Assembly (NCBI GenBank): GCA_963847705.1
Contig: CAWKBC010000034.1
Coordinates: 192,001 to 256,000 of the forward strand
Length of the DNA: 64,000 nt
Source: an uncultured Pseudomonadota bacterium
GTDB lineage: Bacteria > Myxococcota_A > Polyangia > Fen-1088
Direction of reading: 5' to 3'
Under the pieces are notes generated by a model that saw only the letters and a list, made by a program, of their open reading frames with translations, did not search any database and was not told where the DNA came from. Position numbers and translations under genes: made by a program. Shown one piece after another: positions 14,660-24,024 of this stretch (its first letter is position 1; each line of letters starts with the position of its first letter).

Positions 14660-15718
14660 TTAAAATTTACGGAGCGGCGGCTCGCCGGGCGTCAGCGCGG
14701 GCGGTCCGTGCGAGGGGACACGGCGTACCCGTGCGAGGGCTGCGTCAGGCGTCTTCACCTTCTTGATCAAAACCGGTACACGCATCCCGGACTGCAGCGT
14801 CCGACGGTGCGGAGGGTCACGCCCCGACGCCGACCGCGCCGTCGGATCGAGGCGCCGCGACAGGCGGCCGACGACCTCGATGGTGTCACCCGGAAGAATG
14901 TCGATCTCCGCCGCCCACAGCTCCCGTTGATCGAGGCGCAAGCGGGTCAGGACCGGGTGGTCGATCTCCAGGAGGGTGGTGCTGTGAAACTGGACCCGCT
15001 CCTCGTTCGGAAACGGGTCGAGCAACATGCCGCCCGTGACCTCGATCCAGATCGGCTCGTCGGTGCCGTCGTCCAGCAGGAAGTCGAACGCCGCCTCGTG
15101 AAAGAAGCTGGGGGCGAACCAGCTGCCGCGCCGGAACCGGGTGAGCGACCAGACCGCCGAGCGCCCCTCCAGCGCCGTGGCGGCGGTCCGGCGCGCGATG
15201 ACCACACCGCGCACGGCGACCGAGCGCGCGTCGGGAATCCCGCGCAGCTCCGAGATCTGGTGGAGGCGCCGGCGCGCGACCAGATGGTGAATTCGGTTGG
15301 CCATCCGCACGCCGAGCGGCCCCCAGGCCGCCGAGAGAGCGGTCGCCGCCCCCGCCGCCGCGGCGGCGATTCCGAGATCGTTCGCCGCCATGGCGATCAT
15401 CCCCCAGGCGGCCAGCGCGGCGGCCGCAGACGACGTGGCCGCCGTGGCGAAGCGAACGCCCCGGGGAAAGGAGATCCAGCGGGCGATGGCGCCGCCCGTG
15501 CGGCTGAGCGGCGCGGCATCCTCGCTGTCGACGAGGTCGGTCGAGCGGCGCGAGAATCCGTCGACCAGGTGGGCCACCGCCGCGGCAAGCCGTGTCTCGA
15601 CCCAGCCCGCCACGCCGGCACGGGCTGGCTCGCCGGTGCGCTCGGCGCGCCCGACGCTCGCCCGGTCCCACTCCGCGATGCGATCCCGTTCGATTGCGGT
15701 CAGGTCGCGTTCCGACAT
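14660..15718 (-). CDS. Hypothetical membrane protein (two TM helices plus a GIDE-like soluble region)
   Basis: Two hydrophobic segments; FDFLLDDGT..IWIE and EIDILPGDTIEVVG motifs resemble GIDE-type proteins. Confidence 0.6.
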   Translation of the reverse strand: MSERDLTAIERDRIAEWDRASVGRAERTGEPARAGVAGWVETRLAAAVAHLVDGFSRRSTDLVDSEDAAPLSRTGGAIARWISFPRGVRFATAATSSAAAALAAWGMIAMAANDLGIAAAAAGAATALSAAWGPLGVRMANRIHHLVARRRLHQISELRGIPDARSVAVRGVVIARRTAATALEGRSAVWSLTRFRRGSWFAPSFFHEAAFDFLLDDGTDEPIWIEVTGGMLLDPFPNEERVQFHSTTLLEIDHPVLTRLRLDQRELWAAEIDILPGDTIEVVGRLSRRLDPTARSASGRDPPHRRTLQSGMRVPVLIKKVKTPDAALARVRRVPSHGPPALTPGEPPLRKF

Positions 15719-15792
15719 CTCGGACCTCTCTCAAACTACGTAAGGTCAATTTTCACACGGACCAACCCGAGATGCACCTGAACGTCGTATGT

Positions 15793-15867
15793 GGAACCCT
15801 GAAAGGGTCCCAGGCCCCCCGCGATGGACTCCGCCGGGCAAAGCCCAGCTCCGTCCGACGGGATCCA
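15793..15867 (+). repeat. Single diverged copy of the structured ~80-nt repeat
   Basis: GGAACCCT-GAA-AGGGTCCC...CGCGAT-GGAC-TCC-GCCGGGC-AAA-GCCCAGC-TCC-GTCC-GA-CGGGATC aligns colinearly with the 7.2-kb and 21.2-kb copies. Confidence 0.8.
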
Positions 15868-15928
15868 TGCAGGTCTTTGAAAGGGAACCCCGCGCGGGAG
15901 CGGACATGGAGTACACTTCCGTGGCTCG

Positions 15929-17728
15929 ATGCCAGACTCCGATGGCCCGCGCGGGCCGCTGGAAGCGCTTCGCAACGCCGCGCGCGGCGGACAGGAGCGC
16001 TTCTTGGTCGCGCTCTCCGACCGCCTCGAACGCAGCCGCATCGCCGGCGCGCTGACGAGCGAGGGCTTCGTGCTGGAGTCGGATTCGCTCTCCGACGCGC
16101 TGGCGCGGCTGGCCGATGAGTCGTTCGACCTGGCGATCCTCGATCTGCCGACCGAGCGCCTGGACGTCGAACCGGGAACCGGGCGTGATCCGCTGGCCGC
16201 CTCGCGGGAGCTGCGCCCGTTCAGCGATCTGATCCTCATCAGCGACGGCGATCCGGTGCGTGGCGGACAGGCCTTCGCGCGCGAGGTGGCCGCCGTCTTG
16301 CCGCGACCGCTGCCGGAGGTGGACGCGCTCCTGCGGGCGCACATCAAGCGGCTGGCCGGGTTCCGGCGCGCGCGCACCCGCGGCCTCCTGGTCCTCAACG
16401 CCTTCGCCGGCGTCAAGGACGAGCTGGTCGCCACGGATCCGGCGCTGGCTGCCGCGCTCGCCGATCTGGCGCGCGAGGCCCGGCGCGAGCCGGCGATCGT
16501 GGTTCTGGGCGACGACGAGCTGGTGTTGGCCGCAGGGGGCCAGGCCGACGAGCCGAACCCGGACGCCGCGGTGGTCGAGGTCAGCGCGAACGAGGCGATC
16601 GACACCCGCCTCGGCGAGGCGCGGATGCGCGTGCCGGGCGCGGCGCTGGTGGCGGTCGACGCCGCCCCTTCGATCGAACGGCTGGCCTCGGCGATCTACG
16701 GAGGCGCGCGTGCCTATCTCCCGCGCGCGGCGCTCGACCTCCTGGGCCGAATCGCGGCCTCCACGGCGGCTCGCCGCCACGGCGAGTCGAACGGGGTCCG
16801 GATCGTGGAGGCGCTGGCCCGCCACGGCGTGCTGACCGGAGCCGAGCGCAAGCGCACCCCGACGCCGCCGCGCGATATCGACGCGCGCCTCATCGCCGAC
16901 GCCACCACGCCGCGACCGCACGCCGCGGTGGTTCCCACCGGCCACGAGGTGCTGGTGGTCGACGACGAGGCGGTCGTGCTGACCGTCCTGCGTGAGGCGC
17001 TTCGGCGCGGCGGCTACCGTGTCACCACCGCCGCCTCGGCTGAAGAGGCCATCGACCTCATGCACAAGCGGCGCTTCGATCTGGTGCTGACCGACAAGAA
17101 CCTGCCCGGCGCCTCCGGGCTTGACGTGCTGCGGGCCGCCCGCACCTTGACCCCCGCGCCCGCCATCGTGCTCATCACCGGCTACAGCTCGTACGACTCC
17201 GCGATCGAGGCGATGGACATCGGCGCGCTCGACTACATCGAAAAACCGATCCGCGACGTCGACGACCTGCGGTTCCGGATCCGGCGCGCGCTCTCCCGCC
17301 GGGACGAGCAGCTGGCCCGCCCCAAGCCGACGCGGACCGCCGGGCGCGCCGGACGGGTGCTGCTGGTCGAGGTCGAGGGGCAGCGCCGCCAGCTCCTGTC
17401 GGAGTACCTCGGCAAGGCGCACCACGTGACGTCGGCGCAGGACGGTGACGAAGCGCTGACGCTGCTCAAGAGCGATCACTTCGATCTGGTGCTGGCCGAT
17501 CGCCACCTGCCGGGCGTGTCGGGGCTGCGGGTGATCGAGCACGCGCAGCAGATGCTCCCGCACTGCGCGTCGGTGCTCTACACCGCCTATCCCTCCTACG
17601 ACTCGGTGACGGAGGCGTTCGCCGCTGGCGTCGACGCCTATCTGGTTCGTCCCAGCGACGATCTGAAGAAGCTGGGCGAGAAGGTCGCGGAAGCCCTCGG
17701 CGGACGCGGCGGAATCCTGTTAGGGTGA
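15929..17728 (+). CDS. Multi-receiver response regulator without an output domain
   Basis: One canonical REC (VLVVDDE, DLVLTD, ITGY, EKP), one near-canonical C-terminal REC and degenerate N-terminal REC-like regions. Confidence 0.8.
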   Translation: MPDSDGPRGPLEALRNAARGGQERFLVALSDRLERSRIAGALTSEGFVLESDSLSDALARLADESFDLAILDLPTERLDVEPGTGRDPLAASRELRPFSDLILISDGDPVRGGQAFAREVAAVLPRPLPEVDALLRAHIKRLAGFRRARTRGLLVLNAFAGVKDELVATDPALAAALADLAREARREPAIVVLGDDELVLAAGGQADEPNPDAAVVEVSANEAIDTRLGEARMRVPGAALVAVDAAPSIERLASAIYGGARAYLPRAALDLLGRIAASTAARRHGESNGVRIVEALARHGVLTGAERKRTPTPPRDIDARLIADATTPRPHAAVVPTGHEVLVVDDEAVVLTVLREALRRGGYRVTTAASAEEAIDLMHKRRFDLVLTDKNLPGASGLDVLRAARTLTPAPAIVLITGYSSYDSAIEAMDIGALDYIEKPIRDVDDLRFRIRRALSRRDEQLARPKPTRTAGRAGRVLLVEVEGQRRQLLSEYLGKAHHVTSAQDGDEALTLLKSDHFDLVLADRHLPGVSGLRVIEHAQQMLPHCASVLYTAYPSYDSVTEAFAAGVDAYLVRPSDDLKKLGEKVAEALGGRGGILLG

Positions 17729-17765
17729 CGATTCTCAGGGCGAAAGGTGCACGGGTAAGCAACAC

Positions 17766-20048
17766 ATGCGCATTGCGTTCACGCACAACCTGCGACTGAC
17801 CGACAGCGAAGACGAGGCCGAATTCGACAGCGTCGAGACCGTCGACGCCATCGCCGACGCGCTCCGCGCCGGCGGGCACGAGGTCGAGAAGCTCGAAGTG
17901 ACCGGCCCTGCCTCGCGCCTGGCGGCCCGCATCGAATCCTATGGGCCCGATCTGATCTTCAACAGCGCCGAAGGGCGGCGAGGGCGCACCCGCGAGGCGT
18001 TCTACCCGGCGATGTTCGAGGAGCTGGGGTTCCCCTACACCGGGTCGGACGCCTACGTCCTGACGGTCACGCTCGACAAGTGGCTGACCAAGCTGATCCT
18101 GGGCAAGCGCGGGATCGACACCCCGCGCGCGCAGCTGGTCACGCCCGACGAGTACCGGCGGATGCGCGATCCAGGGACGCTGGGGCTGGCGCTGCCGGTG
18201 ATCGTCAAGCCGAACTACGAGGGGTCGTCGAAGGGGATCGCCGACGAGGCGGTGGTGCGCGACGCGCGCGCCCTGGCCGAGCTCCTGCCGCGCGCGCTGC
18301 GCGCCTATCCCTCCGGCGTGCTGGTCGAGGAGTTCGTGGCCGGCATCGACGTCACCGTCCCCTTTCTGGAGGGGCGCGGCGACGAGGGGGTGCTGCTGCC
18401 GGTCGATTACGTCGTCGATCCGCCGGCCCGCAGCCGCTTCAACCTCTACGACTACCGGCTGAAGTCCGCGGAGGCCAACCGGGTGGCGGTGCGCTGCCCG
18501 CCCGATCAGCCGCGCGACGTGGTGTCGCGCCTGCGCCACATCTCCAAGATGGCGGCGCGCGCGCTGGGTATCCGCGACGTCGGTCGGATCGACTTCCGGA
18601 TCGGCGAGGACGGGCGCATCTATCTGCTGGAGGTCAACGCGCTCCCCTCGCTGGAGCCGGGGGCCAGCCTGTTCGCCGCGGCGGCGCGGGAGGGGCTCGA
18701 CTACGGTGAGTCGCTGCACGCCATCGTGGAGAGCGCGGCCAAGCGTCAGGGGCTGGTGGTCAAGCCCGGGGCGCGCCGGCGCCGCCCGGCCGATCCGCTG
18801 CGCATCGGGTTCACCTTCAACGTCAAGCGGGTCGACTCCAAGAGCGGCAACGATGCCGAGGCGGAGTACGACGCCCCCGAGACGATCGACGCCATCAAGG
18901 AGGCGCTGGAGAGCTACGGGCAGGTGATGCTGTTCGAGGCCGACGCGGAGCTGCCGCGGCAGCTGATGCAGACGCCGGTCGATCTGGTGTTCAACATCGC
19001 CGAGGGGGTGGCCGGCCGCAACCGCGAGGCGGCGGTCCCGGCGCTCTGCGAGCTGATGGGGATCCCCTACACCGGCTCGGACGCCGCCACGCTGTCGATC
19101 GCCCTCGACAAGGCCCTGTCGAAGCGGGTGCTCTTGCAGCACGGGATCCTGACCGCCGAGTTCCAGGTGATGGAGACCGGGCGCGAGCGCCTGTCGTCGA
19201 AGCTGAAGTTCCCCCTCATCGTCAAACCAAATCAGGAAGGGTCGTCGAAGGGGGTCAGCGCCTCGGCCTCGGTCGTCGATGACGAGGACGGCCTGCGCGC
19301 GGTGGTGCGCGAGCTCATCGATCGCTACCGCCAGCCGGCGCTGATCGAGGTCTACATCCCCGGGCGTGAGTTCACCGTCGGCCTGCTCGGCGATCGCCGC
19401 CCGCGCGTGCTGCCACCGATGGAGATCCTCTTCAAGGACAAGTCCAACCAGCGGCCGGTCTACGACTATCAGATCAAGCAAGAGTGGGAGAAGCACGTCG
19501 CCTACCAGTGCCCGGCACAGCTGTCGCCGGCGGAGCTGAAGGCGATCGAGCGCGTCTGCCGGGAGACGTTCGCGGCGCTCGACTGCCGCGACGTCGCGCG
19601 CGTCGACCTGCGCGTCAAACCCAACGGGGACATCTACGTCATCGAGGTGAACCCGCTGCCGGGGCTGACCCCCGGCTACTCCGACCTCTGCTTGATCGCC
19701 GCGGCGGCCGGGATCGAGTACCGGACGCTGATCGGCGAGATTCTGGAGGGTGGCCTCAAGCGCCTGCGCGAGAAGCGCCGCGAGGCGAAGACCGAGGCGC
19801 GCACCGAGGTCAAACCGGAAGCCAAGCCGGACGGCAAGTCAGACGCCGCCAGGTCCGGCACCCCGACGCCCATCACCACCAGCAACGGCAATGGCGCCAG
19901 CGCGGCGAATGCAGCCACCGCAACCACCGCCACAGCTTCCGCCAACGGCGGCCCCGCCAACGCGGCCGCAGCTGCAACGGCAGCTGCAACAGACAGAACG
20001 CCCGGTCCCGCGGTCGCCGGAGCTCCGTCGACGCCGGCTCCGGAATGA
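17766..20048 (+). CDS. Fused tandem D-Ala-D-Ala-ligase-like ATP-grasp protein
   Basis: Two complete repeats, each with FNxAEG, PYTGSD, LDKxLxK, VKPNxEGSSKG, RxDxR and EVNxLP; Ala/Thr-rich tail. Confidence 0.88.
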   Translation: MRIAFTHNLRLTDSEDEAEFDSVETVDAIADALRAGGHEVEKLEVTGPASRLAARIESYGPDLIFNSAEGRRGRTREAFYPAMFEELGFPYTGSDAYVLTVTLDKWLTKLILGKRGIDTPRAQLVTPDEYRRMRDPGTLGLALPVIVKPNYEGSSKGIADEAVVRDARALAELLPRALRAYPSGVLVEEFVAGIDVTVPFLEGRGDEGVLLPVDYVVDPPARSRFNLYDYRLKSAEANRVAVRCPPDQPRDVVSRLRHISKMAARALGIRDVGRIDFRIGEDGRIYLLEVNALPSLEPGASLFAAAAREGLDYGESLHAIVESAAKRQGLVVKPGARRRRPADPLRIGFTFNVKRVDSKSGNDAEAEYDAPETIDAIKEALESYGQVMLFEADAELPRQLMQTPVDLVFNIAEGVAGRNREAAVPALCELMGIPYTGSDAATLSIALDKALSKRVLLQHGILTAEFQVMETGRERLSSKLKFPLIVKPNQEGSSKGVSASASVVDDEDGLRAVVRELIDRYRQPALIEVYIPGREFTVGLLGDRRPRVLPPMEILFKDKSNQRPVYDYQIKQEWEKHVAYQCPAQLSPAELKAIERVCRETFAALDCRDVARVDLRVKPNGDIYVIEVNPLPGLTPGYSDLCLIAAAAGIEYRTLIGEILEGGLKRLREKRREAKTEARTEVKPEAKPDGKSDAARSGTPTPITTSNGNGASAANAATATTATASANGGPANAAAAATAAATDRTPGPAVAGAPSTPAPE

Positions 20049-21400
20049 GGAAGCGGCTCCGCGAGCTGGGCTTCTCCATCGGCCGCTTCCCGGTCGGCGA
20101 ATCGAACGCCATCACCGACGTCGCCGGCGTCAAGGTCGGACACACGACGCTGATCATCGGCGACGGCCCGCTGGACGTCGGCAAGGGGCCCGTGCGCACC
20201 GGCGTCACCGCCATCATCCCCAACGCCAACGTGTTCGAGAGCCGGGTGGTCGCCGGCGGCTTCGTCCTCAACGGTGCCGGCGAGGTCTCCGGGATCACGC
20301 AGGTCCAGGAGTGGGGCCTGCTGGAGACGCCGATCCTGCTCACCAACACCATGGCGGTCGGCAAGGTCTCCGACGCCGCGGTCAAGTGGATGACCAAGAA
20401 GTGGCCCAAGATCGGCGGCGAGGACGACGTGGTGATCCCGCTGGTCGGCGAGTGCGACGACTCCTGGCTGAACGACACCGTCGGGCGCCACGTCCGCTCC
20501 GAGCACGTCTACCGCGCCATCGAGCAGGCGACGGCCGGCAAGGTAGCCGAGGGTTCGGTCGGCGCCGGGACCGGCCTCATCACCTGCGACTTCAAGGCCG
20601 GCATCGGCACCAGCTCGCGCCGGGTGGGGATCGAGGGGACCGACTACACCGTGGGGATCCTGGTGCAGTCGAACTTCGGCGTGATGCGCTCGCTGCGCGT
20701 CGACGGTGCGCCGGTCGGCGAGGTGCTGGAGCCGACCTACGCGGCGCCGCGGCGGGAGCGCAACGCCGGCTCCATCATCACGGTCATCGCCACCGACACG
20801 CCGCTCCTGTCATCTCAGCTCGTCCGACTCTGCAAGCGCGCCGCGCTGGGCATCGGCCGCACCGGCTCGTTCGCCGCCCACGGGTCGGGTGAGATCGTGG
20901 TCGCCTTCTCCACCTCCAACCGCGTCCCCCGCCAGACCTCCAAGATGACCGCCACGCTCGACGTCTTGCTGGACGAGGCCTGCGATCCACTTTACGAGGC
21001 GGTGGTCGAATGCACGGAGGAGGCGATCGTCAACGCGCTCTGCATGAGCGACGAGATGCGCGGCCAGTCGGGGCACGTCGCGCCGGCGCTGCCGCTCGAC
21101 CGCCTCTGCGAGATCCTCCAGAAGTACCGCCAGGCCTTCCGCCAACAAGACGGGGACCCTGGGAGGGTCCCCGAGCCCCTCCGCGACGAGTCCCACCGGG
21201 CAAAGCCCGGCGGGCCTTCACGCGATCAAGACGGGGACCCTGGGAGGGTCCCCGAGCCCCCCCGCGACGAGTCCCACCGGGCAAAGCCCGGCGGGCCTTC
21301 ACGCGATCAAGACGGGGACCCTGGGAGGGTCCCCGAGCCCCCCCGCGACGAGTCCCACCGGGCAAAGCCCGGCGGGCCTTCACGCGATCAAGACCAGTAA
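20045..21400 (+). CDS. DmpA/BapA-family (peptidase family P1) aminopeptidase with a repeat-derived C-terminal extension
   Basis: NAITDVAGVKVGH, RTGVTAI, EGSVGAGTG, FKAGIGTSSR, self-cleavage site HG/SGEIVVAFST; ATGA overlap with the upstream gene. Confidence 0.88.
   Translation: MRKRLRELGFSIGRFPVGESNAITDVAGVKVGHTTLIIGDGPLDVGKGPVRTGVTAIIPNANVFESRVVAGGFVLNGAGEVSGITQVQEWGLLETPILLTNTMAVGKVSDAAVKWMTKKWPKIGGEDDVVIPLVGECDDSWLNDTVGRHVRSEHVYRAIEQATAGKVAEGSVGAGTGLITCDFKAGIGTSSRRVGIEGTDYTVGILVQSNFGVMRSLRVDGAPVGEVLEPTYAAPRRERNAGSIITVIATDTPLLSSQLVRLCKRAALGIGRTGSFAAHGSGEIVVAFSTSNRVPRQTSKMTATLDVLLDEACDPLYEAVVECTEEAIVNALCMSDEMRGQSGHVAPALPLDRLCEILQKYRQAFRQQDGDPGRVPEPLRDESHRAKPGGPSRDQDGDPGRVPEPPRDESHRAKPGGPSRDQDGDPGRVPEPPRDESHRAKPGGPSRDQDQ
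21146..21394 (+). repeat. Three tandem 81-bp copies of the structured repeat inside the peptidase ORF
   Basis: Units start at 21146, 21227 and 21308, closed by a fourth CAAGAC; encodes QDGDPGRVPEP(L/P)RDESHRAKPGGPSRD x3. Confidence 0.95.
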
Positions 21401-21402
21401 TC

Positions 21403-22476
21403 ATGCGCATCTGCTTGGTGGTCGCCGACGTGCGGGCGCAGCAGGCGACCTTCACTGGCGTCTACCTGGCCTGGGCCGCGCACCGGCGGGGACACGACGT
21501 CCGGTTCGTCTCCGTCGACGATCTCAGCTTCCTCGACGACAACAACATTCTCGCGCAGACGACGCGGGTCCGGGCGGGCGACTACGCGGATCCGGCCGCC
21601 TACGCCCAGGCGCTCGCCTCGGAGGAGGCGGTGGTCGAAGAGGACACGCTGAGCGGCTTCGACGTGGTCTTCCTGCGCTACAACCCGACGCGCGAAGGCG
21701 AGGGGCGCCCGGGCGCGCCGCTCATCGACTTCGGCTGGCGGCTGCGGCTGGCGGGCACGCTGGTGATCGACGATCCGGAGGGGATGCGCCGCGCCGGCAG
21801 CCGGATGTACCTGGCCGACTTTCCCGCCGACGTTCGCACCCGCACGCTGGTGTCGCGTTCGAAGACGCGCCTCAAGGCCTTCTTGAAGGCGCTCGACGGG
21901 CCGGCGGTGCTGAAGCCGCTGGCGCCCCGCGGCGGCGAGCACGTCTTCTATCTGCGGAGGCGGCAGGTCTCCAACCTCAACCAGATGATCGCGGCGGTGA
22001 CCAAGGAGGGGTACGCCCTGGCCCAGGAGTATCTCTCCGAGGCCGAGCAGGGGGAGAAGCGCCTCCTGCTGCTCAACGCCGAGCCGCTCCGGATCGGCGA
22101 GCGCGTGGCCATCTACCGCCGCCGCCCGGCCCGCAACGGCGCCGACGCCGGTGCCAATGCGGGCGGGGCCGGCGCGAAGTCCAGCAAGGCGGGCACCTCC
22201 CTGCGCGGCAGGTGCGACTTCGGCCCGGTGGAGGCGCGCATCTGCGACATCCTGCGGCCGAGGCTGCTGGCCGACGGGCTGACCTTCGTCTCGGTCGACA
22301 TCGTCGGCGATCGCATCCTCGAGCTGAACGTCTTCACGCCGGGTGGCCTGCACGCCGTCGCCGAGCTCTACGGTGTCGACGCCTCGGAGGTGGTGATCGC
22401 CGATCTCGAGCGCCGGGTCCGGCTGCGGGCCGCCTACCGCACGACGTTCGATCCCGAGGCCGCGGACGTCGTGTAA
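21403..22476 (+). CDS. Divergent glutathione-synthetase (GshB)-like ATP-grasp ligase
   Basis: DVVFLRYNP, RTLVSR, VLKPL, QEYL, EKRLLL, FVSVDIVGDRILELNVFTPGG. Confidence 0.75.
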   Translation: MRICLVVADVRAQQATFTGVYLAWAAHRRGHDVRFVSVDDLSFLDDNNILAQTTRVRAGDYADPAAYAQALASEEAVVEEDTLSGFDVVFLRYNPTREGEGRPGAPLIDFGWRLRLAGTLVIDDPEGMRRAGSRMYLADFPADVRTRTLVSRSKTRLKAFLKALDGPAVLKPLAPRGGEHVFYLRRRQVSNLNQMIAAVTKEGYALAQEYLSEAEQGEKRLLLLNAEPLRIGERVAIYRRRPARNGADAGANAGGAGAKSSKAGTSLRGRCDFGPVEARICDILRPRLLADGLTFVSVDIVGDRILELNVFTPGGLHAVAELYGVDASEVVIADLERRVRLRAAYRTTFDPEAADVV

Positions 22477-22488
22477 CCTAGATGGGCG

Positions 22489-23679
22489 ATGGACGAGCAA
22501 GATCCTCCTTCTGACGTTCCGCGCCGGCGGACCGAGGAGATGTCGGTCCCCACGGAGGTTATCTCCCCCGGCCCGATCTTCACGCTCTCGCCCGAAGAGA
22601 TCGCCCGCTTCTTCGTCCGGGCGCGCCGCGATCAGGACACCGAGCACTGGGACGTCCGGCTCGACGGCACGCTGCGTGAGATCCTCGAACGGGCCAACGA
22701 CTTCGTGCCCTCCGAGATGGGGGGGATCCTGCTCGACGATCCGCGCGCCAAGCTGGCCGGCGCACCGGCGCCGCGCCTCACCTACATTGCGGCCTTCGGC
22801 CCCGGCAACGGCAGCGTGGTCGGCAAGCGGCTGCCGAGCGATCGCGGATTCGCCGGGCGCGTCTACACCACCGGCCGCCCCAAGCAGACCGACAAGCTCG
22901 AGCCCGATGATCCGCTGCTCACCCTGACCGCCGAGCTGGGATCCATCAGGTCGATCGTGGCGGTCCCGATCGTGGTCGGCGAATCGATCTGCGGGATCCT
23001 CCAGCTGGGCAACCGGCGCTCCGGCACCCCCTACACCCCGCGCGACAAAGAGCTGCTGCGGATCTTCGCGGCGTACATGTCGTCGTCAATCCAGAACGCG
23101 CTCGACGCCATCCGCGCGCGGGCGCAGGCGCGGATGGACGACCTCACCGGCCTGGCCAACAGCCGCTACTTTCACACCCGGCTCGGCGAGGAGATCACCC
23201 GCGCCGATCACGACGGGACCGAGCTCGGCATGCTCTTCATCGATCTCGACCGCTTCAAGGGGGTCAACGACATGTACGGCCACCTGGCGGGAAGCTGGAC
23301 GCTGCAGAAGGTGGCGCGCCTCTTGGCCGAGCACGCCCCACCCGCTGCGCTGGTCGCCCGCTACGGCGGCGACGAGTTCGTGGTGATCCTCCCCGGCGCC
23401 GACATCGCGCGCGCCGCCCAGGCCGCCGAGACGCTGCGGTCGGCCATCGCCAGCGCGATCTTCTTCGATCTGCAGCCGGACAACCGGCGCACGCCGCCGC
23501 CGCAGCCGCCGCCCCGCATCACGGCGTCGATCGGCATCTCCTCCTACCGCGAGCACCTGGCCCCCGGCGGCACCCAGCGGCGCCGCGAGAGCACGCTGCT
23601 GCGCCTGGCCGACTCGGCCATGTACCGCGCCAAGGCGGCCGGGCGGAACCGCGTCCAGATCGCCGATCCGGAGGACTGA
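22489..23679 (+). CDS. GAF-domain diguanylate cyclase
   Basis: GAF region; DDLTGLAN, DLDRFKGVND.YGH, RYGGDEF, ADSAMYRAKAAGRN. Confidence 0.92.
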   Translation: MDEQDPPSDVPRRRTEEMSVPTEVISPGPIFTLSPEEIARFFVRARRDQDTEHWDVRLDGTLREILERANDFVPSEMGGILLDDPRAKLAGAPAPRLTYIAAFGPGNGSVVGKRLPSDRGFAGRVYTTGRPKQTDKLEPDDPLLTLTAELGSIRSIVAVPIVVGESICGILQLGNRRSGTPYTPRDKELLRIFAAYMSSSIQNALDAIRARAQARMDDLTGLANSRYFHTRLGEEITRADHDGTELGMLFIDLDRFKGVNDMYGHLAGSWTLQKVARLLAEHAPPAALVARYGGDEFVVILPGADIARAAQAAETLRSAIASAIFFDLQPDNRRTPPPQPPPRITASIGISSYREHLAPGGTQRRRESTLLRLADSAMYRAKAAGRNRVQIADPED

Positions 23680-23744
23680 GCCCGGGGGCGCCGTGCGCCT
23701 GCTCATCTTGGACGGTCCCCGAGGCCCCCGGACGACGCACGTCT

Positions 23745-23778
23745 GCATAGAGGCATATTTTATAGTATGCTTGTATGC
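23745..23778 (+). promoter_or_regulatory. vapBC promoter/operator inverted repeat
   Basis: GCATAGAGGCATA-N8-TATGCTTGTATGC imperfect palindrome in an AT-rich patch, abutting ATG 23779. Confidence 0.65.
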
Positions 23779-24024
23779 ATGCGGACCACCATAGATCTGC
23801 CGGACGCCCTTTTCGCCAAAGCCAAGCGCCTCGCCCACGAGCGCGGGACCACCCTGCGCGAGCTGACGATCGAGGGGCTCGAGGCCGTTGTCGACCAGCA
23901 TCGCCGCGCTCCAAAGTTCCGCCTGCGCGATGCCTCTTACGGCAAAGGGGGCCTCGTCGAAGGATTGGACGAGACCGAATGGGATCGCATCCGTGACCTC
24001 GCCTACGAGGGCCGCGGCGGGTGA
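23779..24024 (+). CDS. vapB: VapB-type (RHH) antitoxin
   Basis: MRTTIDLPDALFAKAKRLAHERGTTLRELTIEGL; GTGA overlap with the PIN gene. Confidence 0.85.
   Translation: MRTTIDLPDALFAKAKRLAHERGTTLRELTIEGLEAVVDQHRRAPKFRLRDASYGKGGLVEGLDETEWDRIRDLAYEGRGG

Noticed and set aside
15793-15867. c-di-GMP-I (GEMM) riboswitch or hammerhead ribozyme
   Set aside because: GAAA, GCAAAGCC and GATGAG-like words occur, but their order and core nucleotides do not match either consensus by eye; the element also occurs in 3' and coding positions
17766-20048. Calling this the housekeeping ddl
   Set aside because: Duplicated domain, atypical N-terminal motifs and no dcw-cluster context; gene symbol withheld
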